Numbered from the stretch's first letter, positions 41,248 to 51,540 are shown. The stretch is 64,000 bases of DNA from Bacteroidia bacterium (GCA_038215705.1 JBBQQQ010000001.1:98630-162629); one strand, 5' to 3'. Translations and numbers: made by a program. The notes: generated from the letters alone by a model not told the origin.

Positions 41248-42351
41248 TTAATAGCCCGCAGTCTGAACCGGACTGGTTGGTTGCAGGGTTGCATTTCTGA
41301 CCGCAATTTGCTGAGCCAGGTTGCCTGCCATAGCAAGATACGCCAATGCAGGGGGTGAATTCTGTTCCAAAACGATGGGAAGGCCACTATCACCGCCGTC
41401 ACAAATGCTTTGTACCAAAGGAATTTGTCCCAGGAAAGGTATATGCAGTTCCTCCGCGAGATTTTTACATCCATCCTTGCCAAAAATAAAATATTTATTT
41501 TCCGGTAATTCGGCAGGAGTGAACCAGGCCATATTTTCTACCAGACCAAGAACAGGAACTTTTATGCTGTCCATTTGAAACATAGCGATACCTTTTCTTG
41601 CATCCGCGAGGGCGACTTTTTGAGGGGTGGAAACAATCACAGCGCCCGTAACAGGGACTGCCGAGACCAGCGTAAGATGAATATCACCGGTTCCCGGAGG
41701 AAGGTCAATAAATAAATAGTCAAGTTCTCCCCAATCCGCATCTGAAAATAACTGGTTGAGCGCTTTTGACGCCATTGGGCCTCTCCATACCACAGCCTGG
41801 GAAGGATCAACCATGAAACCAATGGATAGAATTTTAACTCCGTATTTTTCCACCGGCACCATTAACTGCCTTCCGTTTTTTTCTGTTACATAAAGTGGTT
41901 CACCCTCAACACCAAACATAATGGGTATTGAAGGACCATAAATATCGGCATCGATCAATCCTACACGTGCACCGGTTTCTGCAAGGGCAATAGCAAGATT
42001 GACGGCTACAGTTGATTTACCCACACCACCTTTTCCTGAAGCTACCGCAATGATGTTCTTCACGCCGGGCAAAACACGATTTTCGGGTTCCCTGCGCGTG
42101 GTTACATTGGCTGTCATATTTACTGTCACTTCAGCATCTTTATCCACAAAATGAATAATTGCATTAACGCAGGCTCTTTCAATAAGTGCTTTAAGAGGAC
42201 AGGCGGGAGTGGTTAGAACAACTGTGAAAGAAACCTTATTCCCGTCAACCTGAACATCACGGATCATGTTGAGTGTAACAAGATCTTTTTTTAAATCAGG
42301 TTCTTCTACATTGCTGAGTGCATCCAAAACCTGTTGCGGTGTGATTGCCAT
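41248..42351 (-). CDS. apbC: Mrp/ApbC/NBP35-family Fe-S cluster carrier ATPase
   Basis: 367 aa. N-terminal DUF59 (MIP18-like), then the deviant Walker A SGKGGVGKST and a CxxC (the 'CDGGDSG' region). Confidence 0.85.
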   Translation of the reverse strand: MAITPQQVLDALSNVEEPDLKKDLVTLNMIRDVQVDGNKVSFTVVLTTPACPLKALIERACVNAIIHFVDKDAEVTVNMTANVTTRREPENRVLPGVKNIIAVASGKGGVGKSTVAVNLAIALAETGARVGLIDADIYGPSIPIMFGVEGEPLYVTEKNGRQLMVPVEKYGVKILSIGFMVDPSQAVVWRGPMASKALNQLFSDADWGELDYLFIDLPPGTGDIHLTLVSAVPVTGAVIVSTPQKVALADARKGIAMFQMDSIKVPVLGLVENMAWFTPAELPENKYFIFGKDGCKNLAEELHIPFLGQIPLVQSICDGGDSGLPIVLEQNSPPALAYLAMAGNLAQQIAVRNATLQPTSPVQTAGY

Positions 42352-42424
42352 GAAACGGTTATTTATTTATATAATGATTGAATTAAAAAATTGTTTTCAA
42401 GTGGCAAAGATAGGCAGATGTGGC

Positions 42425-42775
42425 TTACAGTTCGAGGGAAGGATCCCAAAACAGTTTTTTAAAGTCCACCACCTGGTCATTTTCCACTTTAACACCTTCA
42501 TTTTCGAGTAGCTGTTGCATGAGGTGCGGACTTCCAAAATGGTGTTTACCTGTGAGCAATCCGATCCTATTAACAACCCGCTGGGCGGGCACCGCAGGAT
42601 GTTGCCTGTGTGATCCGTTCATTGCCCATCCTACCATCCGCGAAGAACCTGAAATCCCAAGATATCTCGCAATCGCACCATATGAAGTAACCCGACCTTT
42701 GGGTATAAGTCTCGCTACCTCAAAAACATCCTCAAAAAAGGAATCTTTATTATTATTTTTCTTTACGGATGGCAT
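42425..42775 (-). CDS. MGMT-family DNA-binding protein lacking the catalytic Cys (alkyltransferase-like, ATL/YbaZ-type)
   Basis: 116 aa. IPKGRVTSYGAIARYLG...VPAQRVVN aligns to the Ogt/Ada C-terminal domain, but the PCHRV active site reads PAQRV (Cys to Ala). Confidence 0.55.
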   Translation of the reverse strand: MPSVKKNNNKDSFFEDVFEVARLIPKGRVTSYGAIARYLGISGSSRMVGWAMNGSHRQHPAVPAQRVVNRIGLLTGKHHFGSPHLMQQLLENEGVKVENDQVVDFKKLFWDPSLEL

Positions 42776-42850
42776 TATTTAATATGTAAAATTACTACAT
42801 CGGCATAAAAATTGACAAGCGAGAAATGTATAATTTTAAAATAACACTCA

Positions 42851-42884
42851 AAAAAAAAGAGGACACCCGTCCTCCTTTTTTTTA
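42851..42884. terminator. Bidirectional rho-independent terminator
   Basis: aaaaaaaaGAGGACacccGTCCTCCtttttttt. Confidence 0.55.
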
Positions 42885-42894
42885 AGTAATTTTT

Positions 42895-44862
42895 TTACTG
42901 AATCATAATTTTCCGGTTCGCAATTTGGTTACCGGATTTTATTTTCACGAGGTACGCTCCGTGGTTCCATAATGAGACATCAATTTTTTCATTGAAATTC
43001 CCTGACATGGAATTGTATGAAGTAGAAAATATTCTCTTGCCAACCATATCGGTCACCTCAATTAAAACATCTGTTCCCATCAATTCATTTATAGTTATTG
43101 TTACAACATCATTTGCAGGAACAGGCATAACAACTGCATTGAGTGCACTGTTAGTTTCATCAAATCCGATTCCTGTACAAACATTTAACGAAATATCATC
43201 CACATAAAAGCTGGTTACACCACCGTTTACTCCATAAGATTTTGAAATAAAAGTCAGAAGGTGTGGAAGGCCGTCGTCATATGCATTCAAACTTATACTT
43301 TGTATAGAATAAATTGTATCTCCACAGAAAGTACTCGTACCATTTATTGAAAATAAAGTATCACTATCGACAACAACGTTGAGATAATCATCCTGGCTAT
43401 CACACGCAGGCATTTGTAGCCAAAAACTGAGTGTTGCAGAACTGTTTACAGCAATGGTGAAATTCTGCGAAAGCGAACCTTCTTCAAATACATCGGTACC
43501 TCCAAACCATGCCCAGAAATCTCCTGTGCGGGCCTGTGTAATACCATTCGGATCACAACCCAGGTCGCATAATGGAGTTAGAAAATTTGTTGAAGCCTCA
43601 GTCCAGCTGGTATTCGGTGTACCTCCTTCAAAACTTCCATCAACAATTATATCCGGACAATTAGCAACGATAACTGTTTGTGTATTAACGTTTGTCCCAC
43701 AACCGTTAGAAGCAGTTAATGTAACTGTGTATGTTCCTGCAACGGCATAAGTGTGATTTGGATTTTCAAGTGAGCTTGAATTGCCGTCTCCGAAATTCCA
43801 GAGATAAGATGTTGCATCCGCGGATGTATTAGTAAAAACTGTTGTTAATGATATTGAAACAAAATTAAATGCGGCCTGTGGAGCAGTAACATCGACAAAA
43901 ATTATATTGGTTTCAGAATCGGAACACCCGGTTCCTGTATTATTAACAGAGTATGTAACCGCTACAGGTCCTGATAGGCCTGCCGGATTAAACGCATTCC
44001 CCGAAACTCCGGTGCCTGACCATGTTCCACCCGAAGTTCCTGTGACAAATGGATCAAGTGTAACCGGAGAACCGGTAGCACATACTGAGCCGGGAGAAGT
44101 CCAGTTAGCCACAGGGCCATCATCAAAAACTAATGACCATTCCAAAATTGTTCCGGTATCATCGGCAGCATTGTCGGAAACAATCAACTGCCATGTACCA
44201 TTGGGTGAGCCTCCTGCATTATTCACAGATCCAAGATCATTACCTGCTGATGCTGTGTAGGTACCGGCAATGGCGGGTGTTATTAAGTTGCAAACATTTT
44301 CCATTGAGTTGCCTGTGCCTCCATCAACACAAACTTCTATGTTATCGTTTTCACATCCAACAGGGGAAGCGGGTACTCCCGGGCGATCAGTAAGATTTAT
44401 ACTGGTCCCATTAGGGGCAATGAGAGTAACAATCAAATCTCCCACCCAGGTATGCTCGATCTTGAAACACACACTTTTCAACTGAACATCAACACCTAGT
44501 GTTCCTGTAACCCCTGATATCACCTGGGAATTGACGATTCCGGTTGTATCCTCATCAGGTATGGCAACACCTAAATTCCCGAATGTGGTTGTATCAGAAC
44601 ACGGTCCGAGTTGTGTTATTTTATATGGGTTTTTATAATTATTGCTGTTTGAAATTGTGCTGAGACCTGGGATGTTGATTACCGCTCCACGTTTAAATTT
44701 CAGATTTTGCCGCTGTATTTTTTGATATACTTCCGGTGAATAAACGGAAATGTTTTTTAGCGATGTATTTGCAGTTGACTGAGCCTGAGATGTTGTGAAT
44801 ACAATGCACATAGTGAGCATTGCCAGGCCTGATTTTAAAAATAGTATTGCTGTTTTCATCAT
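42895..44862 (-). CDS. Secreted PKD-domain / proprotein-convertase P-domain protein with T9SS C-terminal sorting domain
   Basis: Signal peptide after MMKTAILF (the ORF extends to 44916). P-domain-like HTWVGDLIVTLIAPNGTSINL. PKD repeat WNFGDGNSS...HTYAVAGTYTVTLTASNGCG. C-terminal tail ...GAYLVKIKSGNQIANRKIMIQ. Confidence 0.75.
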   Translation of the reverse strand: MMKTAILFLKSGLAMLTMCIVFTTSQAQSTANTSLKNISVYSPEVYQKIQRQNLKFKRGAVINIPGLSTISNSNNYKNPYKITQLGPCSDTTTFGNLGVAIPDEDTTGIVNSQVISGVTGTLGVDVQLKSVCFKIEHTWVGDLIVTLIAPNGTSINLTDRPGVPASPVGCENDNIEVCVDGGTGNSMENVCNLITPAIAGTYTASAGNDLGSVNNAGGSPNGTWQLIVSDNAADDTGTILEWSLVFDDGPVANWTSPGSVCATGSPVTLDPFVTGTSGGTWSGTGVSGNAFNPAGLSGPVAVTYSVNNTGTGCSDSETNIIFVDVTAPQAAFNFVSISLTTVFTNTSADATSYLWNFGDGNSSSLENPNHTYAVAGTYTVTLTASNGCGTNVNTQTVIVANCPDIIVDGSFEGGTPNTSWTEASTNFLTPLCDLGCDPNGITQARTGDFWAWFGGTDVFEEGSLSQNFTIAVNSSATLSFWLQMPACDSQDDYLNVVVDSDTLFSINGTSTFCGDTIYSIQSISLNAYDDGLPHLLTFISKSYGVNGGVTSFYVDDISLNVCTGIGFDETNSALNAVVMPVPANDVVTITINELMGTDVLIEVTDMVGKRIFSTSYNSMSGNFNEKIDVSLWNHGAYLVKIKSGNQIANRKIMIQ

Positions 44863-45083
44863 AAAGGGATTAGGTTGCGATTGTTTTCGGATTATTTCGT
44901 TAGTCGGGAATAGCAAACTTAGGGAATAAAACCGAGAATAAAAACCGGTGGTGTAATACCCCGGTGATGCAATTTATCAATTTCACTTAATGCCTGAGTT
45001 ACAATTACGTATAAAATATTCACCTCTTAACACCACATGTAATCACTTATACTTATTTTCGGGAAATATAATATTACTAAGAA

Positions 45084-46064
45084 ATGACCAAACCACGGCA
45101 TATCGGAGTATTTACTTCAGGCGGTGATAGTCCGGGCATGAATGCTTGTCTGCGGGCTGTTGTTCGCACTGCTGTGTTTCATGAGGTAAAAATTACCGGG
45201 ATACTTCGAGGGTACCAGGGGATGATTGAAAACGATCTGATGCCTATGCATGCACGTTCAGTGAGTAATATTATCCACCGGGGAGGAACTATCCTAAAAT
45301 CAGCCCGCAGCAACGATTTCCTTGAAGCAGGCGGTCGGAAGAAGGCGATGGAGAATCTTCGTAATGCGGGCATCGACGGATTGGTTGCCATAGGAGGTGA
45401 TGGAACTTTTCGCGGAGCTTTGAAATTTTATGATGAGTACGCCATTCCCATGATGGGAGTTCCCGGCACTATCGACAATGATTTGAATGGTACGGATTTT
45501 ACACTGGGATTTGATACGGCGTTGAATACTGCAGTGGAGGCCATTGATAAAATCAGGGATACTGCTGCCTCTCATGATCGCCTGTTTTTTATTGAAGTAA
45601 TGGGTCGTGATGCCGGGCATATTGCATTGTGGTCAGGAATTTCAGGAGGTGCCGAAGCAATTCTGCTCCCGGAGGAAAAAACTGATATTGATCAGTTGAT
45701 TGCACTCCTGGATAAAGGTGCGCAGAATCAAAAATCTTCAAGTATTGTTATTGTTTGTGAAGGTGATGATGCAGGAGGAGCTATTGAAATTGCAAAACAG
45801 GTGAAAGAAAAATTTCCTGCATTTGATACCAGGGTAACGGTGTTAGGACATGTGCAAAGAGGCGGAAGCCCAACTGTAATCGATCGCATGCTTGGAAGTC
45901 GTTTGGGCATTGCTGCCACCGAGGCTCTTATTGATGGGATGCAAGGTAAAATGGCAGGAATTCTTAAAAATAAAATTGAATTTACTGAATTTTCTGAAGC
46001 TACCAAGAAACATGCTCCTATGGATCGGGAGTTATTACGTTATTCAAAAATGCTTGCTATTTAA
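45084..46064 (+). CDS. pfkA: ATP-dependent 6-phosphofructokinase
   Basis: 326 aa. N-terminal GVFTSGGDSPGMNA, the IGGDGT motif (VAIGGDGTF) and the MGR motif (EVMGRDAGH). Confidence 0.9.
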   Translation: MTKPRHIGVFTSGGDSPGMNACLRAVVRTAVFHEVKITGILRGYQGMIENDLMPMHARSVSNIIHRGGTILKSARSNDFLEAGGRKKAMENLRNAGIDGLVAIGGDGTFRGALKFYDEYAIPMMGVPGTIDNDLNGTDFTLGFDTALNTAVEAIDKIRDTAASHDRLFFIEVMGRDAGHIALWSGISGGAEAILLPEEKTDIDQLIALLDKGAQNQKSSSIVIVCEGDDAGGAIEIAKQVKEKFPAFDTRVTVLGHVQRGGSPTVIDRMLGSRLGIAATEALIDGMQGKMAGILKNKIEFTEFSEATKKHAPMDRELLRYSKMLAI

Positions 46065-46077
46065 AGGTTTTTATACT

Positions 46078-46935
46078 ATGATATTAGTTGCAGACAGTGG
46101 TTCAACAAAAGCTGATTGGATTGCAGGAAACCACGGAAAAGTAATTGAAGAATTCAGCACAAAAGGATTTAACCCCTTTTTTCATGATAAAAAATTTATA
46201 CTCGAAGAGCTGAATTCTAATAAGGCCTTGCGTGAATTCAGTCCGAAAGTTTCTTTACTTTATTTTTTTGGCGCAGGTTGTTCCAGTCCGGAACGAAATG
46301 AAATTATTGCAGGTGGACTGTCCGAATTTTTTACTAACGCCATCATTTCCGTTGACCACGATATGCTGGGATCTGCAATCGCAGTGAGTGAAGGAAAGCC
46401 CGGTATGGCTTGCATCCTGGGTACAGGTTCGAACATATGTTATTTCGATGGAAAAATAATAGCTGATACCCGTCATGGGCTTGGTTATGTTATAGGTGAT
46501 GAAGGCAGTGGAAGTTATTACGGGAAAAAATTATTGTCCTGGTTTCTCTATAAAATACTGCCCTCTGATTTGGATGAGGATTTTAAAAAGGAATATGGGT
46601 TGGATAAAGAAACCATCATCCGGAAAGTTTATCATGAACCTGATCCGAATGTTTTCCTGGCTTCATTTGCAACCTTCCTGTCCAAACATTCCGATCACCC
46701 TTTCATTCGTGAAATGGTGTATGATGGAATGAATGAATTTTTCAAGACCAATGTTTTAAGTTACAAGGAAAGTAAAGAAGTCCCTGTCCATTTTGTTGGT
46801 TCCATCGCCTGGTATTTCAGGGATACGTTAAATAAAGTAGCCGAAGAAAATGGAATAACCATTGGAAATATTATCCGGAAACCGGTGACAGGGCTGGCCG
46901 CTTATTTTTTAAATGGTGGGAAAATGCCCCAATAG
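46078..46935 (+). CDS. BadF/BadG/BcrA/BcrD-type ATPase (N-acetylglucosamine-kinase-like, ASKHA superfamily)
   Basis: Start at MILVADSGSTKADW (ASKHA phosphate-1 motif DxGxT). The ORF-track extension back to 45892 overlaps pfkA and is probably spurious. Confidence 0.6.
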   Translation: MILVADSGSTKADWIAGNHGKVIEEFSTKGFNPFFHDKKFILEELNSNKALREFSPKVSLLYFFGAGCSSPERNEIIAGGLSEFFTNAIISVDHDMLGSAIAVSEGKPGMACILGTGSNICYFDGKIIADTRHGLGYVIGDEGSGSYYGKKLLSWFLYKILPSDLDEDFKKEYGLDKETIIRKVYHEPDPNVFLASFATFLSKHSDHPFIREMVYDGMNEFFKTNVLSYKESKEVPVHFVGSIAWYFRDTLNKVAEENGITIGNIIRKPVTGLAAYFLNGGKMPQ

Positions 46936-46939
46936 CATA

Positions 46940-47398
46940 TCAGTAAGTAACTGCTTCCGGCAAAAATTTAGATGGATTACCCCCATTGCGGATGATGTCG
47001 CGGATTATGGAGGATGAAAGTGCTCCATACTTTAGATCGGCCAGAATAAAAACGGATTCTATTCCGTCAGATATCGCACTATTCATATGAGCAATTGCTT
47101 TTTCAAATTCAAAATCCGCTCCATTTCTTAGTCCCCTGAGGATATATCCTGCATTTACACTTTTGCAAAAATCAACCGTGAGACCCTGGTAACTTTTAAC
47201 TTCAACATTTTTATTGTTACTAAAAGTACTTTTTATCCAGCGTTCGCGGTCACTCAACGGAAACATATAATTTTTGTCAGCATTAGTACCCACACCAACA
47301 ATAATTTTGTCGAAGAGGAGAAGTCCGCGGTTGATAATATCAACATGACCTAATGTTAACGGATCAAATGATCCGGGAAAGACAGCGATTCGTTGCAT
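46940..47398 (-). CDS. coaD: Pantetheine-phosphate adenylyltransferase
   Basis: 152 aa. N-terminal FPGSFDPLTLGH is the (T/H)xGH nucleotidyltransferase motif. Confidence 0.9.
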   Translation of the reverse strand: MQRIAVFPGSFDPLTLGHVDIINRGLLLFDKIIVGVGTNADKNYMFPLSDRERWIKSTFSNNKNVEVKSYQGLTVDFCKSVNAGYILRGLRNGADFEFEKAIAHMNSAISDGIESVFILADLKYGALSSSIIRDIIRNGGNPSKFLPEAVTY

Positions 47399-47418
47399 GT
47401 TGTTTGGATTAAAGAAGA

Positions 47419-47961
47419 TTAGGAGTCTAAATTAAAGAAAAAACTGAAAGTAACATTACCATATTTTCTGGAGAAAGAAAATCCCATTAAGGATGTAAAT
47501 TCTTCCCTTGATGAATGTTCCATTATAAAAACTCCTCCGGGCTTCAAAATGTTTTTATCAAAAATGAGCTGATGTAATTCATTGTGAATTTTTAAATCGA
47601 AAGGTGGATCCGCAAACACCAGGTCGAAATGCTGAGGTGTTTTTTTCAAGAAAGTCATTACGTCGGAACGGTGTACAGTGAGATTGTTAATTTCCAGTTC
47701 ACCGCAGGTCTTTCTTAAAAAGACAACACACTTTTGATCCATGTCGATAGCCGTGATATATTTAGCTCCCCTGGAGGCCAGTTCAAGACTGATGCCGCCT
47801 GTGCCTGAAAAGAGATCAAGACAATCGCAGGTTTCAAGATCAAACTTGTTATCGATTATGTTGAACAATCCTGTTTTAGCAAAATCGGTTGTAGGCCGTA
47901 CAGGAAGATTGCCGGGTGGGCGAATAAGCCGCCCTTTGTATTTCCCGCTTATGATGCGCAA
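47419..47961 (-). CDS. rsmD: 16S rRNA (guanine966-N2)-methyltransferase RsmD
   Basis: 180 aa. SAM motif LDLFSGTGGISLE and the DPPF/DPPY substrate motif (FADPPF). Confidence 0.85.
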   Translation of the reverse strand: MRIISGKYKGRLIRPPGNLPVRPTTDFAKTGLFNIIDNKFDLETCDCLDLFSGTGGISLELASRGAKYITAIDMDQKCVVFLRKTCGELEINNLTVHRSDVMTFLKKTPQHFDLVFADPPFDLKIHNELHQLIFDKNILKPGGVFIMEHSSREEFTSLMGFSFSRKYGNVTFSFFFNLDS

Positions 47962-48824
47962 ATTACCTGGCTAAAAAGATTAAAATGCAAAGGCTCCGGA
48001 AGTTCATCAAAACAACCGGCATACTCATAGGTTTCCGGCCTGGAAGCAAGAAAAAGATTCCTGATATATTTTCTTGCCAGCTGGTAGGGTGCGTCAGATT
48101 CGTTTATTTCGCCGACGCATTGAACGCTGATGTGATCGGGGTTCAGATGCAATTGTTCACAAACAAATAAAAGATAATAAACCAGTTCTTCGGCTGAATC
48201 AAAACTGAAGGTGTTATAAAGCAACAGCATCCGGCCACGGGTAACTATCACATCCATATACCTGGAATGCACGTTGATGGTAACCAGTTCTTCTTTTGAA
48301 TTTTTATTCAGATTAAGCAAGAATTCAATTAAAGCAGTTGATGTATGATGAAACCCCGCCAGGTAAAACCACGATGATATGTTTTTATATACAATTGCAG
48401 GAATGGTGAATATGGTGGACGCTTCCAGCTGATGCAACTGATCAACTAAAAGGTGTCCGTCAGCTATTTTATCGTGTGAAAATTGCAACTGGTCAGCAGC
48501 AGTACCCGGTTCAAATAACGGTCCGGGCACAAGTGTAGCTGTTCTGAAACCGGTACAGCAGATTACGGTAGGATAACCCGATAGCGATAACAGTGTTGAT
48601 TCCTTCCTGATATTTGGTAACAGTTCCGGATCAGAAAAATCTTCATCATCCAGCTGCCACGATTCGAGGGCAATAAATTTTTTGGACTTCCGGTCGGCTA
48701 CTGTGCAGGAAATTTCTGAAGCATCAATGTAAATAAACAGATCGTAACTTTCGGGAATATCCTCCTGAAAAGAATCATCAATTATTTTCCTCGAAAGAGA
48801 AATATTACTCCCAGTTACCGGCAT
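47949..48824 (-). CDS. DUF3822-family protein
   Basis: 291 aa. Conserved Bacteroidota neighbour upstream of rsmD-coaD. Its 3' end overlaps the rsmD start by 13 nt. Confidence 0.5.
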   Translation of the reverse strand: MPVTGSNISLSRKIIDDSFQEDIPESYDLFIYIDASEISCTVADRKSKKFIALESWQLDDEDFSDPELLPNIRKESTLLSLSGYPTVICCTGFRTATLVPGPLFEPGTAADQLQFSHDKIADGHLLVDQLHQLEASTIFTIPAIVYKNISSWFYLAGFHHTSTALIEFLLNLNKNSKEELVTINVHSRYMDVIVTRGRMLLLYNTFSFDSAEELVYYLLFVCEQLHLNPDHISVQCVGEINESDAPYQLARKYIRNLFLASRPETYEYAGCFDELPEPLHFNLFSQVICAS

Positions 48825-49326
48825 TGGACGGTTCGGTCATGGAACCAACTTTTAAAACTTCATTTTTATCGAATGGAGCCGAATCTTCTGCTTCAAATAC
48901 TTTAACTTTAACTTTTCCTTTTTCGATCTCTCCGGCCTGTAATTTGAATTTTGCGCCATTTCCAAATGGTACATAAGGCAGAGAATCTATAGGGTAATTG
49001 CCTGGAAATAAAGAGTCCTTTACTGAAACAAAGATGGTATCCCTGATTATCACAGCAGCCGAATCTTCAACGTTACCGATTTGCTTAATCAATGAGAACT
49101 GTCCGTTTTTAACAAAATTCAGCAATGTGTCAAAACTTCCGGTGTAGCTTCCGTTCTCTGATTTGTATGCCAGTTGGGCTGTGCGGATGTCTTTTAATCG
49201 ATTGATTACGAAACTATACCGATGGTCCTTTTCTTCATTGAATTTAATGGGCTTATAAATACTCCTGAAAATAAGAAAGGCAAGAATAAAGATAACGACT
49301 GTTAAAATGATACTGATTGGCTTCAT
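48805..49326 (-). CDS. Hypothetical membrane-anchored protein
   Basis: Single N-terminal TM helix (MKPISIILTVVIFILAFLIF), then a soluble domain. No family recognised. The ORF extends to 49356. Confidence 0.35.
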   Translation of the reverse strand: MKPISIILTVVIFILAFLIFRSIYKPIKFNEEKDHRYSFVINRLKDIRTAQLAYKSENGSYTGSFDTLLNFVKNGQFSLIKQIGNVEDSAAVIIRDTIFVSVKDSLFPGNYPIDSLPYVPFGNGAKFKLQAGEIEKGKVKVKVFEAEDSAPFDKNEVLKVGSMTEPSNAGNWE

Positions 49327-49430
49327 AAGAATTAGGCTGAATGAATTAACGGACAAATCTACAATATTTTATTAAAAACTTCAGTACTCGGGCCGACTCC
49401 CTCCATTTTTAACATTAATTTGACACCCTT

Positions 49431-50861
49431 ATGATTGAACAGGATATTACCCGGGTTTTTTCAAAAATAGTAACCCAGTTACCGCACATTCCAACATCTG
49501 GTCAGCATGATGCCATCAGGAGGATTGCCAATTTTATTGTTAAAAGTACTTCCGGAGATACCTATTTACTGAAAGGCTATGCCGGAACGGGTAAAACTAC
49601 AATTATAAGTGCCCTGGTGAATGGTTTGCCCGGCACGGGAGTTAAGACGTTTCTGATGGCTCCTACCGGAAGAGCGGCCAAAGTAATGTCTCTTTACTCA
49701 CGAAAGACAGCTTTTACTATTCACCGCAAAATCTATCGTCCCAAACAGACTGAAGCCGCAGGAATTCATTATTCCCTGGCCCCTAATACACACACCAACA
49801 CGCTGTTCATTGTTGACGAAGCTTCCATGATTGCTGATAACAGTGAAACGGGCGACCAATTGTTTGGGGGCAGTAATTTACTGAGTGACTTGCTGAACTT
49901 TATTAAATCGGGCCAGAATTGCCGCTTGTTGCTGGTAGGTGATAATGCGCAATTACCCCCAGTTGGACAATTAACCAGCCCGGCGCTTGATATAAAAGTT
50001 CTTACCCGGAAGTATGGATTAAGAGCGGGTCATTTTGAACTTACGGAAGTTGTCAGGCAGGAAAAACTTTCAGGCATTCTTGAAAATGCTACTGCAATAA
50101 GACAGGAAATCAGCGTGGGTGGTAAAAATATTGAATTTCATGATCAGCTTCCTGATTTTGAAAGAGTTCCCGGCTATGAACTGGGTGATAAATTATCCAG
50201 TGATTATAGTAGCCTCGGGCCGGAACAGGTAGTTGTAATTTGCCGTTCCAACCGCTCTGCCAATAATTATAACCGTCAGATCCGGTTTACCGGGATGTGG
50301 ATGGAAGAGGAATTAAATGCAGGGGATTACCTGATGTGCGTTAAAAATAATTATTTCTGGCTGGAGCCGGAATCCCCGGTCGGCTTTATTGCGAATGGCG
50401 ATATGCTGAAAGTTACCAGGATCGTTGGATTTGAAGAAAAATTCGGTTTGCGTTTTGCCAATATTGCAGTGGAACTTACTGATTACCCCGATCAGCCGGC
50501 TTTTGAGGTGAAAGTAGTTATGGATAGCCTTTACACGGAGGCTCCTGCCCTGACCCGCGAACAATCAATGGAATTATTTAAAAGGGTAGGGGATTCTTAC
50601 CCGGATGCCACCAGCAGGACTGCACGGTTTGCAGCTATTTCAAAAGATCCATTTTACCAGGCGTTGCAAATCAAGTTTGCTTACGCTGTAACCTGTCATA
50701 AGGCACAAGGTGGCCAGTGGAAACATGTATTTGTTGATCAGGGTTATCTCACTGAAGAAATGATGGATACCGGTTATTTGCGCTGGCTTTATACCGCCAT
50801 CACAAGGGCTACTGAAAAAGTTTACCTGGTAAATTTTAATGAGCGTTTCTTCCCTCAATAA
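49431..50861 (+). CDS. RecD/Dda-like superfamily-1 DNA helicase (ATP-dependent exoDNase alpha-subunit-like)
   Basis: 476 aa. Walker A GYAGTGKTT, Walker B FIVDEAS, and C-terminal helicase motifs (VTCHKAQGGQW...TAITRA). Confidence 0.7.
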   Translation: MIEQDITRVFSKIVTQLPHIPTSGQHDAIRRIANFIVKSTSGDTYLLKGYAGTGKTTIISALVNGLPGTGVKTFLMAPTGRAAKVMSLYSRKTAFTIHRKIYRPKQTEAAGIHYSLAPNTHTNTLFIVDEASMIADNSETGDQLFGGSNLLSDLLNFIKSGQNCRLLLVGDNAQLPPVGQLTSPALDIKVLTRKYGLRAGHFELTEVVRQEKLSGILENATAIRQEISVGGKNIEFHDQLPDFERVPGYELGDKLSSDYSSLGPEQVVVICRSNRSANNYNRQIRFTGMWMEEELNAGDYLMCVKNNYFWLEPESPVGFIANGDMLKVTRIVGFEEKFGLRFANIAVELTDYPDQPAFEVKVVMDSLYTEAPALTREQSMELFKRVGDSYPDATSRTARFAAISKDPFYQALQIKFAYAVTCHKAQGGQWKHVFVDQGYLTEEMMDTGYLRWLYTAITRATEKVYLVNFNERFFPQ

Positions 50862-51410
50862 TTATTGAATACCCTTTTCGGGAAACTTTCCAGGTATAGC
50901 ACGATAATGATTCATCATAAATTCCATGTCTTTGTCAATATCTCCGGACGGCATAAAAGGAGGTTCTACTTCAACAACTTTCAGGGCATAATTAAATCCC
51001 ACCATCACAATGGGTAATCCTGCTTTCAAAGCGATATAGTAAAAACCCGATTTCCATTTTGGAGCATAACTACGTGTACCTTCCGGAGTGAGGCAGATGG
51101 CAAAATCAGGATTTTTCTTAAACAGGTCTGCCACCGCATCAACAAAATTTGACGTTTTTGACCGATCCACCGGGTAGCCTCCCAGTTTGCGGAAAAACCA
51201 TCCGAAAGGAAATCGGAACAATTCCTTTTTTGCCACGTACCGGGTATCAATCCGTAAAATACTTCTTGCTGCAATGCCAATAAAAAAGTCCCAATTACTC
51301 GTGTGAGGAGCCACAATCATAACGTATTGGCGAAGGGATTTTGGAACCTCGCCTTTAACTTTCCAGCCAATGAGCCAGAAAAAAAAACGGGACAAAAGTA
51401 ACAGCATCAA
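50862..51410 (-). CDS. 1-acyl-sn-glycerol-3-phosphate acyltransferase (PlsC/LPLAT family)
   Basis: 182 aa. HxxxxD acyltransferase motif (APHTSNWDF) and the PEGTR motif (LTPEGTRSY). Confidence 0.7.
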   Translation of the reverse strand: MMLLLLSRFFFWLIGWKVKGEVPKSLRQYVMIVAPHTSNWDFFIGIAARSILRIDTRYVAKKELFRFPFGWFFRKLGGYPVDRSKTSNFVDAVADLFKKNPDFAICLTPEGTRSYAPKWKSGFYYIALKAGLPIVMVGFNYALKVVEVEPPFMPSGDIDKDMEFMMNHYRAIPGKFPEKGIQ

Positions 51411-51540
51411 ATCAGGGTATAAGAATCGGTTTCCGGTTGCAAGTTAACGATAAAAACGAAAACGGGCTTGTAACCGGAATGAAGCAAATTGTGGAACAAT
51501 TATTGAGAATGTGGCTCAAGCCCTGTAAATTACACTATTC

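Noticed and set aside
42425-42775. The MGMT-family protein as an active O6-alkylguanine methyltransferase
   Set aside because: The PCHRV active-site cysteine is replaced (PAQRV). It is better called an alkyltransferase-like (ATL) damage-sensing protein. Catalytic activity cannot be inferred.
45892-46077. A 347-aa ORF overlapping the 3' end of pfkA by 170 nt, suggesting a gene overlap or frameshift
   Set aside because: An internal Met at 46078 (MILVADSGSTK, the ASKHA phosphate-1 motif) is preceded by the pfkA stop. The upstream extension has no domain content and is most likely not translated.
49431-50861. The RecD/Dda-like SF1 helicase as a possible phage-defence gene, with neighbouring hypotheticals as partners
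   Set aside because: This single-gene RecD-like helicase is a conserved core Bacteroidota gene. Its neighbours (DUF3822, rsmD, coaD, plsC) are housekeeping with conserved synteny. There is no nuclease, methylase or other defence partner.
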